Position numbers and translations under genes: made by a program
Notes under the pieces: model-generated
Seen by the model: only the letters and a program-made list of their open reading frames with translations
Database searches by the model: none
Told to the model about the DNA's origin: nothing
NCBI RefSeq assembly: GCF_022045235.1
Contig: NW_027266279.1
Span: forward strand, 1,860,001-1,924,000
Reading direction: 5' to 3'
Source: Haliotis cracherodii
Taxonomy: Eukaryota
Length of the DNA stretch: 64,000 bases
Part shown: piece after piece, positions 25,001-36,501 of the stretch
Layout of the letters: every line of letters starts with the position of its first letter
Position numbering within the stretch: the stretch's first letter is position 1

Positions 25001-25096
25001 TCAACTGCTAATGTGGAAATGGAGATTTATCTACTTACATCTCAGCTCAGCCGAGGCAGTGAAAGCCAAAAACAAGACAGCCACAATTCTCCACAT
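22072..25096 (-). CDS. Secreted protein with three chitin-binding type-2 (CBM14/peritrophin-A-like) domains, 240 aa; exons join(25096..25039, 24206..24183, 22712..22072)
   Basis: Exon 1 encodes MWRIVAVLFLAFTASAELR followed by gtaagt. A 24-nt exon 2 (ttttcag..gtgagt) encodes WKRQVPCT. Exon 3 follows gttttcag. Both introns are phase 1 and in frame (58+24+641=723 nt). Three repeats of C..YFPHP/YFAIP..KF(L/I)(Q/E)C..CP.(G/M)L.(Y/W)N....C separated by Thr/Pro/Gly linkers. TATA box upstream and AATAAA at 21940-21935. Confidence 0.9.
22925..23200 (-). mobile_element. SINE-like family B copy with an internally amplified 22-bp module
   Basis: Family B body followed by 4-5 copies of gacaagc(t/a)tagtcgccttttac. 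Confidence 0.8.
23707..23990 (+). mobile_element. SINE-like family B, full length, (AACC)n tail
   Basis: Sequence runs cccgtgaagatccggggtagaataggtcttcagcaacccatgcttg..ggcgactaacgggatcgggtggtcagg..gctgagtgcggcgttaaacaacaaaaccaacc. Other copies at ~28700-28945, 34140-34368, 36135-36340, 49251-49493, 50265-50390, 51681-51948, 52435-52700, 54170-54365 and 57665-57921. Confidence 0.85.
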
Positions 25097-25149
25097 GTTC
25101 TCTGGAACTGCCAATACCGACTGTGAAACAAGCAGTCCCACAAGCATCC

Positions 25150-25155
25150 TTTATA
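25150..25155 (-). promoter_or_regulatory. TATA box (GGTATAAAGG) of the chitin-binding gene
   Basis: TATAAA 54 nt upstream of the ATG at 25096, with an Inr-like TCACAGT about 25 nt downstream of it. Confidence 0.7.
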
Positions 25156-25638
25156 CCCGTATGGGGTGGCGTCAGTAAACGTGGCGGCCGTTCATGATCA
25201 AACCCACGACGAGATCCGGCAAAGCGATGTTGCTAGGTGAAGCTTATATTCAGATAAAGGATGCACGGGACTGCCGAAGTTGTAAATGGACGTCGTCGTT
25301 TAAACAGCGGAACAAATCCGAAGACCGACTACGCCTGTTTAGATTTAAGGGTAGGCGGTTTGGAGATGCTGTTTGTGTTAGTGGTTGTATTATTTGTGTT
25401 GACAGTGTTCGTGGTCTCCCGAGGTCACAAGACAGTTGTTTGGATACTGAGGGTGAAGGAGTTCCCCATGATGAATTCAGGAAATGACGATCATGGGCGC
25501 TTAAAAGTTCGGCATGCTTTATCATTTAATTGAAGGGGAGGTGAAATGGGAGTTTGGCGTCGTCTTCAAGATTATGGCACATATCTTGCGAATTGTGTGC
25601 GTATGGATGTGTATTTGTATGTGTGTACGTGTGAGCGA

Positions 25639-25673
<35 letters not shown>

Positions 25674-26189
25674 TAATGACTCCGAGTCCAACCAGGGCAA
25701 CAGTTATCTTTTCACGTTTTTTATCTGACGAGGCCAGGGAATCGAACCACCAACCCTTCACTGTTCGGGAAGACACCCTCCGGGTTGGAATTGATCTTCG
25801 GCAACCCCCCTCAAGTGGGTGTCAACTGATCTGTGATGGTGGTACAGGGCTGCTGCAGCTTCATCACAGCTCGTGCTGGAAGGTGTAGATGTGGACAAAG
25901 TGCCACTGTCAACCCCAGTCCTTCACACTGTCGCGTGTTGTCCAAGTGTCCGAACTATCCGCGGAGAGTGTACAGCCGTACACCAATCCCACAGCTCCAT
26001 CACCTTGTGTTAAACCTGAAGACCGAAAGCACCATCTTTGACGCTAGGGGAGGGTCCAGTGAGATAAGTTCGATGTTGGCGTTCATTAAAATGACATCGA
26101 AGGGAGGGGTGTCGTCTAAATTACTATAGGGGCATGGGGGTTTGAAAAAGTGACACAGTTCTATTTCTTCAAATAAAAAAGTGTTAAAG

Positions 26190-26549
26190 TTGGTGAGGTG
26201 AGGTGAAATTTGGTTTAACGTCGCGTCTAAGATGATTGCACTTACAAAGCGACGTGCATGCACGTGTGTGTGTGTGTGTGTGTGTCTGCTTGTAATAGTC
26301 CTGACTAAGGATTTTTAGTGCTAGCTCACTGAGATACCATGCCACAGTTTAACATGAATACACCACTCAGACACAGAAAACTGACTCCGAGCCGACCAGT
26401 CCTTGTTTTAGCCCCTTTATGCTGAGCGCCAGACAGGGTGATAACAAGTACAATCTTTTAACGTCTTTTGGTATGACGCGGCCGGGGATCAAACCCCGGA
26501 CCTTCCGCTCTCCTGGCGGACGTTCTACCACTAGACCACGGAGGCGGTC
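26190..26549 (-). mobile_element. tRNA-derived SINE family C (central domain resembles the Meta domain, from recall), with internal (CA)n and a (CACCT)n tail
   Basis: A box TGGTCTAGTGG, B box GGTTTGATCC, then gtcataccaaaagacgttaaaagattgtacttg..ctggcgctcagcat. Homologous to 52908-53283. Partial copies at 21410-21475, 28120-28260, 31080-31222, 31905-32002, 33988-34048 and 54057-54478. Confidence 0.8.
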
Positions 26550-27019
26550 TATAAAATTGAACAATATTTAGGGACTTGTCATATATTATAGGGAAGGGAG
26601 TCATGACCTGAAAACGCCAAAGGCCAAGCTGTTATGACCTACTTCGTCAATACAAAGTGAACAATCGATCAAGGCAACAGGGGGTAAATACATGTAGGTG
26701 TATGTTGCACGTGGTCTAGATTACATGTTGGATCGAACTTCTGGAGCTCCCTGAATACACTACATAATTACATTTATATATGGATGTTTTATTTTACAAT
26801 GTTTCATGAAACATTTTATTGTACATGGACTCGTGTGCTAGTGTTTACCAGTGACCTGTGACATCAACTCGGATTTCATTTTTTTAGCCGGATTGCTGTC
26901 TAAACTGGGCTCGAATGTCGATCCCACACAAGACCGGTTGAGACGGAATCCACCTTACATAAAGTACACTATAAACCAAGTGATACGCCCTCGTTTGATG
27001 ATAATTGTCTCATTGACGC

Positions 27020-28117
27020 AGGCTGGACGCAGACTGGACGTAGATTGGACGTAGACGTTATATATACTGGATACAGACTGAGTATAGATTAGACGCAGAC
27101 TGGATATAGACTAGACTTAGACTGGACGTAGACTGGACGAAGACTGGACGTACTGGACGTAGACTGGATCTAGACTGGACGTAGACTGGATCTAGACTGG
27201 ACGTAGACTGGACGTAGACTGGACGTACTGGACATAGACTGGACGTAGACTGGACGAAGACTGGACGTAGATTGGACGAAGACTGGACGTAGACTGGACG
27301 TAGATTGGACGAAGACTGGACGTAGACTGGACGTAGACTGGACGTAGACTGGACGAACCCTGGACGTAGACTGGACGTAGACTGGACGTAGACTGGACGA
27401 AGACTGGACGTAGACTGGACGAACCCTGGACATAGACTGGACGTAGACTGGACGTAGACTGGACGAACCCTGGACGTAGACTGGACGTAGACTGGACGTA
27501 GACTGGACGAAGACTGGACGTAGATTGGACGAAGACTGGACGTAGACTGGACATAGACTGGACGTAGACTGGACGTAGACTGGACGTAGACTGGACGTAG
27601 ACTGGACGAAGACTGGACGTTGACTGGACGTAAACTTGACGTATACTGGATCTAGACTGGACGTAGAGTTGACGTAGACTGGGCGTAGACTGGACGAACC
27701 CTGGACGTAGACTGGACGTAGATTGGACGAAGACTTGACGTAGATTGGACGAAGACTGGACGTAGACTGGACGTAGACTGGACGTAGACTGGACGAACCC
27801 TGGACGTAGACTGGACGAACCCTGGACGTAGACTGGACGAACCCTGGACGTAGACTGGACGAAGACTGGACGTAGACTGGACGAACCCTGGACACAGACT
27901 GGACGTAGACTGGATGTATACTGGACGTAGACTGGACGAACCCTGGACGTAGACTGGACGAACCCTGGACGTAGACTGGACGAACCCTGGACGTAGACTG
28001 GACGAAGACTGGACGTAGACTGGACGAACCCTGGACACAGACTGGACGTAGACTGGATGGATACTGGACGTAGACTGGACGAACCCTGGACGTAGACTGG
28101 ACGTAGACTGGACGTAG

Positions 28118-28120
<3 letters not shown>
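27020..28120. repeat. 11-bp satellite (GTAGACTGGAC)n, ~100 copies, with GAAGACTGGAC and GAACCCTGGAC variants
   Basis: Tandem units visible directly; 11-aa (33-bp) period in the ORFs; abuts (GT)n at 28122-28185. Confidence 0.96.
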
Positions 28121-28177
<57 letters not shown>

Positions 28178-29119
28178 GTGTGTGTGCCTGCTAGTAATAG
28201 ACCGGACTACAGTCGATTTTAGTGTGCTACCGAGTTACCATGTCTCAGTTAAACATGAATTCCTCTCCTCTATCCACTAGATCACGTATTTTTTATATTG
28301 TGCTTTTTATGTGGAAATGCTTGATTATGTAGTGGAAATATAGGACTAAGGATACATTGAAATGAAGTTCTTTCATGGACGGGGAGTAGAGTGTCGATGC
28401 CTTGACTTACGATGATTTCGCTATCATGCATCTAAACTGGACTAGGCTCAGACCAATTGGCAGTTCTGTCAGTTTGATTTATACCATTCAAAACCCACAT
28501 TTACTGCAAACTCCAGCTGGATATTTTATATTAATGTAGCCGGAATAGCTCCCATGAAGACCCTAAGAGAAATCAGTAACGTTACTACAACATTTCGACA
28601 TTGACCAGAACTATCCCCTGAACCGCGTAGCATTGTCTCCCTTTGATAATGACGTCATGTTAAACTCTTAAAAGCCAGTAACACTGTGCCAATATGTTTG
28701 TTTTGTTTGTTTGTTTGTTTGTTTGTTGTTTACGCCGCACTTAGCAACATTTCAGCTATATGACGGCGGTCTGAAAATAATCGAGTCTGGACCAGACAAT
28801 CCAGTGATTGATATCATGAGCATCGATCCGGACAATTTGGATACGATGACATGCATCAACCAAGTCAGCGTGCCTGACAACCCAAACCCCTTTAGTCGCC
28901 TCTGGGTTGCTGAAAACCAATTCTAACCCTGATAGTTCACGTGTTTAGGCCACACTGCGCATTATTACAGTTATGTCAGAGCACACAAACTATTATTATT
29001 ATTAACAATGAAAATAGTACATCTAGGTAATATTAAATGGTCGGTGCCTCTTATGAATGGAAAACAATACTACTTTGTCACTTCAGATTTATTATCGAAC
29101 AAGATTCGTTTGTGTACAC

Positions 29120-31647
29120 TTATGTACACTTATGAATCGCGCATTGTTCCCATCCCTGCTCATAGGCTAGGTAGCACCACAGGTAACCGGAGGGCAGAAT
29201 GTTGCCTCCAGAAGGGTCACGGCAGTAGTTGGCGGCGCCAGCGTAGCCGAGGTTTGGTACACCGTTGGTGATGTCGAAGTAGTTGCGGAAGAAGGCGTGA
29301 TTGTTCGGGGACGTGCTTGACCAGGACTGACATGTTTTTCCGCTTGCGGTTACAGATTTTGTACCACTGTAGACTGCTGTTCTCCCTTGCTTGGTGTAAC
29401 AGTCAGCTGTGAAGAAAATGTCAGTATTAGAAACAGTCCTTTATACAGATATGATTCATACTTTCTTGATGCGGTGTGTCATTGATTGAAGGGGGCATTG
29501 AATTGTTTTTTTCTGTCATATCAGGCTTGTCATGTTGACTGATGGAACAATTAACAGTCTTAGGCGTTTTCAACTTTGGTAAAACCCATTGTACATATAC
29601 ATTGCTGGCAAACGACGATCATGGGATCTTGGCGCGCCCAAGGGAGAAACTCTGCACATCGAAAACATAGTAGTTGGCAAGGAAGTAGGACAAGTTTTCA
29701 TATACTTAGTCTTGTTTGCAAAATGTTCAGAGGAAAAGTGGGTTTCGGGGTGCTTTCCCTAAATCCTTAAATTGAGCGACATGGCAGTAATGTGATATCT
29801 TTCATACAGCAATGTGGCGAGTGAGTATATGAATATGGTTTTACGCCGCTTTTAGCAATATTTCAGTCGTATCTAAGCAGGACACAGCAGACATGTCACC
29901 AGAGATAGGTGATATCTTTCACGAAAAGATTAGACTGTCACACAACAAAGTATGACAAGAAAGAAAAAATATTCATTTCAGTTTATTGTTTTTTCAAGGC
30001 CATATGACCCATATGATATACATGTTTATCATTCAGTTATACTACATTGCACATTTCCGTTCTAATGTTAAATACAACCTACATATATTTTGACACATGA
30101 AATATATTCTGAAGTATTTTACCATTGACTATAGGCATCATATCGTGGGCTTGGTTGTTTGTTAAAACTGTTCCATGAGTGCGTGCATGCGTATACAGAG
30201 GCCATACAATACAAACGTGCTTTTCATCTTCAACATATTTACAGTGCGAGCAGATAGTTTTCATCACCTACATGACATTCACCTTCACGTACGTTTTGAA
30301 CACCAAAGGTGTTATATCCACTTCAGAAATGTTAGCAGCCTTTCTGTAATTTATTACTCTATGTTGGACATACGATTCAAACTTAAGTTCAGATTTTATG
30401 GTTGAATAAAAAATAAGTCATCTTTTATCTGTGAGACGTGAATGCCAGTTTTGTTCAGCACAATCAAGGATTCGTTGTTTCAGAACAAAGGTAAACGTTT
30501 CCTCAGTACCAACTCCCTTGGATACCCAAACATACCCGAAGCCATAACTAAACAGCAACTTTCTGATATGAGATGCCCAATTCAAATATTTCCTTTCACA
30601 AGTATCATATATCATTCGAAAACACTTGTGCGGATGTCAATATGTGGGCAAAGATGAAACACGTAACCAATATTTGATACAAATGACATAATAATTTGTA
30701 TCCAGTGGATATCTGCCACTCTCACCATATGCAACAGCACTTGGCAAGGAATAACTTGTATTTAAAACATTCACAATTTTCTATGTACAATATCTATATT
30801 TTCCTTTTTGGGTGTATCCCCACAGCTCATTACCATTCAACAATATCGGTGCTATTTTTGTGTCAAACGGTTGAAAGGCTTTATTAACAGATATATAGTA
30901 TTTACACACAAACGTTTTGATGGTATATTGTGCTTCACTTGCCTACTCTGCGAGGGTATAACAAGCTCTAGTCCAAATCAGCTTTGGAGTAATCATTCGA
31001 CCAAGATATAGACTAAGATTCGACCAAGAGCTAACAGTCTCAAGTGGTACATTATAATATTCCATCTTTCGTATCTAGAGAGTATACTGACTCCGAGCCG
31101 ACCAGTCCTTGTTTCAGCCTCTAAATGTCGAGCGCCAGACAGGGTAACAACAAGTACTATTTTTTAACGCCTTTTCGTATGACACGGCCGGGGATCGAAC
31201 CCAGGACCTTCCGCTCTCCGGACTACTATTGATCTAATTACCAGCCAATCAAATAGATGTAAATGCATTGTTTGGAAAAAGATGTAATGAACGTTCTTAC
31301 GATTAGCGCTTCTCTCTCTCATTTGTAATTTACGGAAAGCTTTGAAACAATGGTAAACACATATTCTATACAAGGGGCGGTCGGGTAGCCTAGTGGTTAA
31401 AGCGTTCGCTCGTCACACCGAAGCCCGGGGTTCGATTCCCGACATGTACAATGTGTGAAGCCCATTTCTGGTGTCCCCCGCCGTGATATTGCTGGAATAT
31501 TGCTAAAAGCGGCGTAAAACCACACTCACTCACTCACTCACTATACAGACTATATATTAGTCCACAGCATAAAGAGAATCACTTACTATTGCATGCTGCC
31601 AGTGTTGAAAGAACTGCTACGATGGCGAGGAGCAGGAGACGAGCCAT
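29120..31647 (-). CDS. Secreted single-kringle protein K1, 115 aa; exons join(31647..31587, 29406..29120)
   Basis: Exon 1 encodes MARLLLLAIVAVLSTLAACN followed by gtaagt (phase 1). Acceptor ttttcttcacag. Exon 2 encodes TDCYTKQGRTAVYSGTKSVTASGKTCQSWSSTSPNNHAFFRNYFDITNGVPNLGYAGAANYCRDPSGGNILPSGYLWCYLAYEQGWEQCAIHKCT*, with six kringle Cys and the Y.G, T.SG..CQ.W, NYCR, WCY and W..C motifs. AATAAA at 29093-29088. Absent from the ORF track. Confidence 0.9.
30150..31050 (-). mobile_element. Degenerate LINE 3' region (RTE-X-like) in the K1 intron
   Basis: Minus-strand peptides NWASHIRKLLFSYGFGYVW..FVLKQRILDCAEQNW and CSHCKYVEDEKH, typical of the C-terminal part of such ORF2 proteins. Confidence 0.6.
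31374..31540 (+). mobile_element. tRNA(Asp-like)-derived SINE family A, full length
   Basis: Sequence runs ggggcggtcgggtagcctagtggttaaagcgttcgctcgtcac..gggttcgattccc..gctaaaagcggcgtaaaac-(ACTC)n, with flanking ctataca duplication. Confidence 0.88.
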
Positions 31648-31900
31648 GTTGCTGCCTGTACAGTTGAGACCGACTGGTCCTTAAAACGGCGTAGGTACGA
31701 CACACGTCGTGACATACACGGACAACTGTTGACGTGGGTGATGATATTGCAATTTTAGATGAAATTCCCATTAGCCTTTCTGCCATGCGTGACAGATGTG
31801 AGGCCAACGTAATTGTCAAATTCTCATGAAAGAGTCTTTGTCCGAGTAAATAGGGCACTGATGTAGGTTATTGAGTGAACATACTCCAAGTGTATTGTAG
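31648..31900 (-). promoter_or_regulatory. Conserved 5'UTR/proximal promoter block of the kringle genes (paralogous blocks at ~37408-37650, 45454-45690, 53495-53695)
   Basis: About 250 bp of non-coding sequence aligns among all four paralogues (acacgtcgt, ttgacgtgg, attgcaatttt, gacagatgtg.ggccaacgta.ttgtcaaat), while sequence further out does not. Confidence 0.7.
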
Positions 31901-32638
31901 TATCAAGAAGTACCATATTTCAACGTCTTTTGGTATAACGTGGCCGGGCATCGAATCCACGACCTTCCGCTCTCCGGGCAGACGCTCTGTCCACTAGACC
32001 ACGTATTAAATGTTGTGTTTTTTGTGTGGAAATGCTTGATGTGGTGGAAATATAGGACTAAAGATACATTGAAATAAATATCTTTCATGGACGGGGAGTA
32101 GAGTGTCGATGATTGACTAACGATGATTTCGCTATCATGCATCTAAACTGGACTAGGCTCAAACCAATTGGCAGTTCGGTCAGTTTGATTTATACCATTC
32201 AAAATCCACTTTTACTGCAAACTCTAGCTGGATGTTTTATATTAATGTTGCCGGAATTGCCTCCATGAAGACCCTAAGCCAAATCAGTAACGAGTCAGTA
32301 ACTACAACATCTCGACATTGACCAGAACTATCCCCTGAACCGCGTAGCATTGTCTCCCTTTGATAATGACGTCATGTTAAACTCTTTAAATCCAGTAACA
32401 CTGTGCCAGTATGTTTGTTTTGTTTGTTGTTTACGCCGCACTGACTTAATTGATGATTATCATCGTATCCCGAATGCGTGGATAGATGCTCATGATATCA
32501 ATCACAGAACTGTCTGGACCAAACTCGATTATTCACAGACCGCAGTTACATGTCTGGGATATTGCTGATTTCGACGCTAAACAAACAAACATAGTATTAC
32601 ATACGTATAATGTGTTTCAGCGCTCTCACACACACACA

Positions 32639-32690
<52 letters not shown>

Positions 32691-32875
32691 CACACACACA
32701 CTCACGCACGCACGCACGCACGCGCGCACTCACGCAGAGTAAAGTTACCCCTCAAGTGAGTTTCAACTGATCTGTGATGGCTGTTCAGGGCTGCTGCAGC
32801 TTCATTAGAGCTCGTATTGGAAGGTGTAGATGAAGATGACGTGCCAATGTCAACTCCTGTTTTCACACTGTCGCG

Positions 32876-33037
32876 GGGGAGGTCGGGAAGCCTAGTGGTT
32901 AAAGCGTTCGCTCGTCACGCCGAAGACCCGGGTTCGATTTCCGACATGGGTACAATGTGTGAAGCCCATTTCTGGTCTTCCCCGTCGTGATATTGCTGGC
33001 ATATTGCTAACAGAGGCGTAAAATCATACTCACTCAC
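32876..33037 (+). mobile_element. SINE family A copy with a 13-bp target-site duplication
   Basis: TSD tcacactgtcgcg at 32863-32875 and 33038-33050; empty paralogous site at 25923-25935. Confidence 0.9.
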
Positions 33038-34584
33038 TCACACTGTCGCGTGTTGTCCATGTCTCCGAACTATCCGGTATGGATGTACAGCCGTTGACCA
33101 ATCCACGAGGACGACGTCGTTAATCCACGAGGACGACGTCGTTAGGGCTCCACACTAAATCAGCACCTGCGACAGCGCTGTGTGGTCCAGTGTGTCGGCG
33201 TCACATTTGGGCAGCGCTTCAATGCAGTAAACGTGTGGATTATCAAATAGAAATTTGTTGAAGATATCACTTGAATAGACTTAATCTTGCTTATCTTAAA
33301 TATGCAGAGGGATTTGATTTCAATTAGTGAAATTGACAAACTTTGCTGATGGCTGATCAAACATTATTTGCCATTTCGGCGTCTTTGTACTGCATGGAGT
33401 CAATGGCATACAGACACGCACGTTTCTGTACTTCAAGAATAAGTTACTCTTCATTTATTTGTGATTTTGGCATCGTTATTTCTACAATGAAGACTGTATT
33501 TGTCAAACCATGTGTTTTCTTTTCCCGGAAATGACATATCAATGAAAAGGGGATTTCCCAAAGCGTCATGGCAGCAAGCAGCAAACGTCGCTTTTTTCAC
33601 GATTTAATAAAATTCCTGCTTTCACGCTACTGCTGCCCTGCAGGTTGACTATCTTAAAAAACAACTAGAGGCGATATATTTCTGTATATTTGTGGCTGCA
33701 CCACTAACGCGCTGGTGTCGTGTTGGGAGGCCTTGAGGATTGTTTAAACAGATGTGTACATAAACTTTCCCGCTATCAAAGATGACAGACTCCATCAGCT
33801 TGTGTTAAACCTAGATATCGAAAGCATCAAGGGCTTGGTGGGTGTTAGGGAGGAACCGATGAGCTAAGGGGGTGGGTTTTTGTTTTTTTTATTGGGGGGG
33901 GGGGGGGGGGGGGGGGGGTGTCGCTTCACATACTTTAAGGAGGGGATGGAGGGCTTGAAAAAATGACAGTTTTGCTTCTTCAAATAATTTTGGTATGACG
34001 CGGCCGGGCATCGAACCTACGACCTTCCGCTCTCCGGGCAGACGCTCTATTCATGTTTTGGTTCATGTGTGGAAATGTATGACTAAAGACACATTGAAAT
34101 GAAGTTCTCTCATGGACTAGTATCACTGTGCCAATATGTTTGATTGTTTGTTTGTTGATGTTGTTTACGCCGCACTCAGCAGTATTGAAGCTACATGACG
34201 GCGGTCTGTGAACAATCGAGTGATTGACATCATGAGTATCGATCCACGCAATTGGGATACGATGACATGCATCAATCAAGTCAGCGAGCCTGACCATTCG
34301 ATCCTTTTCGTCGCCTCTTACGCCAAGGATGGGTTGCTGAAAACCAATTCTAACACGGATCTTCACGGTTTTAGGCCATACTGGGCAATATGACAGTTAT
34401 GTCAAAGCACAAATTGAACGACAGAGTGACATTTCTCCCAATTTAGGACTATAAAAGAATATTTTATTCCAGATAAATTCCAGAATAATATTTTCCGCTT
34501 TAGGACGTCCTGAGTAGAATGTGTAAAATTCGTTTGTTCAGCTCCTTTAATAATATGCCAAATGATGTGGAGTTAAGTAACGTC

Positions 34585-34950
34585 TGTCGCGGAGAGGAGT
34601 TGCATGGGGACCGCGTTTAGCAGCTTGACTCCTATGAGTTTCTTGGTCGACGGTCCTGCCCCAATCTGAAGCACATGCAGGACATGTAGCTCATGTATTG
34701 TCTCCCAGGCAGTGACTTTGTTCGAATTGTGCCTCTGTTCACCCAGCAGTAGAAGTGTGTACCCGGGAGGATGAGATGGCATTGGGATTGTTAACCTTCC
34801 AGCACATCGCAGCCAGCCTTGTTTGTATACTCCCCCGGGAGCTCAGAATGAAAGTCGAGTACAGACTGATCCACTGACCAGGGTAATGACGTAGCGCTTT
34901 GATCAGACGTTATGGTGTGGATCTGGAGCATTATGAATACGCACATTATT
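34585..34950 (+). mobile_element. Old CORE-type SINE remnant (tentative)
   Basis: gtattgtctcccaggcagtgactttg..gcctctgttcacccagcagtagaagtgtgtacc resembles a CORE domain; the 3' end gtagcgctttga..cattatt resembles an L2-type tail. Confidence 0.4.
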
Positions 34951-34952
34951 AA

Positions 34953-34984
<32 letters not shown>

Positions 34985-34986
<2 letters not shown>

Positions 34987-36100
34987 ATACAAAGTAAAAT
35001 AAATAGATGCCGCAAAGAATGTTCGTGGCACAGTCATCATGATCATCAGCTAAGGGTCCTGGTCCCTTCTCCACGCACCCCAGACAGCGAATTGGATTTC
35101 TCCCAGGAAGAGTTGCCTCGTCGAACCCACCAAGAACCTTTCGGAGAGTATGGAGACTCCCCAACACTGCAGACTTCTGCATTGCCCAGGGGCCACGGGT
35201 GGCTCAGTCGTCTAAGGCGCCGCGATTCGCTGTGCAGAGTTGCGTCCCTTGGGCACGCCAGAAACCTATGGTTGTGGGTTCGAATCCCGGTCAGCCCCGA
35301 TTATGTTTCTAGGTTTGTCAGCACCATACCCGTGCCCGTGGTAAGTGGTGAACGTCTGAGACCTGCATCACTTCGGGCGTTCCTCCCATATTAAGCTGAC
35401 ACGCCGCGATATAACTGTAATACTGTTCAAAGAGGCGTTAACCCCAACTCACACTCAATCTGCATTGCCCAGATTGTCAGAAGGGTTGTGTTCCCGTCAG
35501 TCAACAGATTGGGAGGTACCAAACCTGAGGCACCGAGAACAATGGGGAGTCGGGGCAACTTGGTACTAGGGATGCAAGCGTGACATTTAGAAAACGAAGT
35601 CCGCATATTTGCCATGTTTTTCCTGAATCTTGTCAATCACATTAGTGTCAAAAGAGACAGAAAATTCAATGATACAAATGATTTCATTGGATTTATCGAA
35701 AAGGACAGGACCAGGTTTGTTGGCCTTGATAGGTCATTTTCCATGACGCCCTGCACATATTCCGGGTCGTACCATGGATGGACCTCTGTGTCCAAACCAC
35801 AAGCATCGCGAACAAAAGGATCGAGCCACTCCATCATGGCGCCTAAGATACTGTGTTTGTGCCAAAGCTGGGCATCCACTGACAATGTGTTCGACAGTCT
35901 CATTAAAATTCATTGCATAATGTACATATCATATCTACATTTTGATGCAAAATCACACATTGACGATTTCTAGTGGGAAGCGACTGGTCCTGAGCTGGTT
36001 TCACTTTCAGGAAAGCCGACCTCTTCCAAGCCAGGGTTTCTGCAGTGATGCTTTACATCTCAACACACTGCACATAAACTCGATGCAGTGGTCGTTCACA
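34985..36100 (-). mobile_element. Second truncated R4/Dong-like copy, interrupted by SINE D
   Basis: Reverse-complement homologue of 2660-3600 (MQKSAVLGSLHTLRKVLGGFD; ACGLDTEVHPWYDPEY); its 3' end runs into (AAC)n at 34953-34986. Confidence 0.82.
35190..35458 (+). mobile_element. SINE family D copy with a 14-bp TSD
   Basis: TSD tctgcattgcccag at 35176-35189 and 35459-35472, splitting the R4-like coding sequence. Confidence 0.9.
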
Positions 36101-36501
36101 TAGCCTCTCGTTGACCAAGAAAATAGTGTCAAAAGGTTGGTTTGTTTGTTTGTTGTTTTACCCCGCACTCAACAATATTCCAGCTATATGACGGCGGTCT
36201 GTAAAATAATCCATTGTGGACCAGACAATCCAGTGATTGATATCATGAGCTTCGATCCACGCAATTGGGATCGATGACATGCATCAACCAAGTCAATCCC
36301 GTTAGTCGCCTCTTACGACAAGCATAGTCGCCTTTTAGCGTCAAAAGGGACAGATTGTTATTATTTTCATTATTCTCTTGTAATTGACCAAGAAAATAGT
36401 ACATCAAGGTAATATTACGTGGTCAGTGCCTCTTAGGGATGGAAAACAAGACTATTTTGTCAATTTAGATTTATTATCAAACAATATTCACTTATGGAGA
36501 C

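Noticed and set aside
25815-25990. GC-balanced duplicated block (also 32750-33105) as a possible exon
   Set aside because: No frame stays open in both copies, one copy is SINE-interrupted, and I recognise no domain.
27170-28038. Ser/Val/Arg-rich ORFs (SSLRPVYVQST)n
   Set aside because: Translation of an 11-bp satellite.
31374-31445. tRNA-Asp-like genes (also at 39208, 57500, 61276 etc.)
   Set aside because: These are SINE heads: the acceptor stems are not intact, and each continues into a shared body and tail, often with a TSD.
31587-31647. Bacterial lipoprotein or horizontal transfer suggested by the LAAC lipobox-like motif
   Set aside because: The genes have spliceosomal introns and polyA signals, and kringles are typical animal domains; the motif fits an ordinary signal-peptide end.
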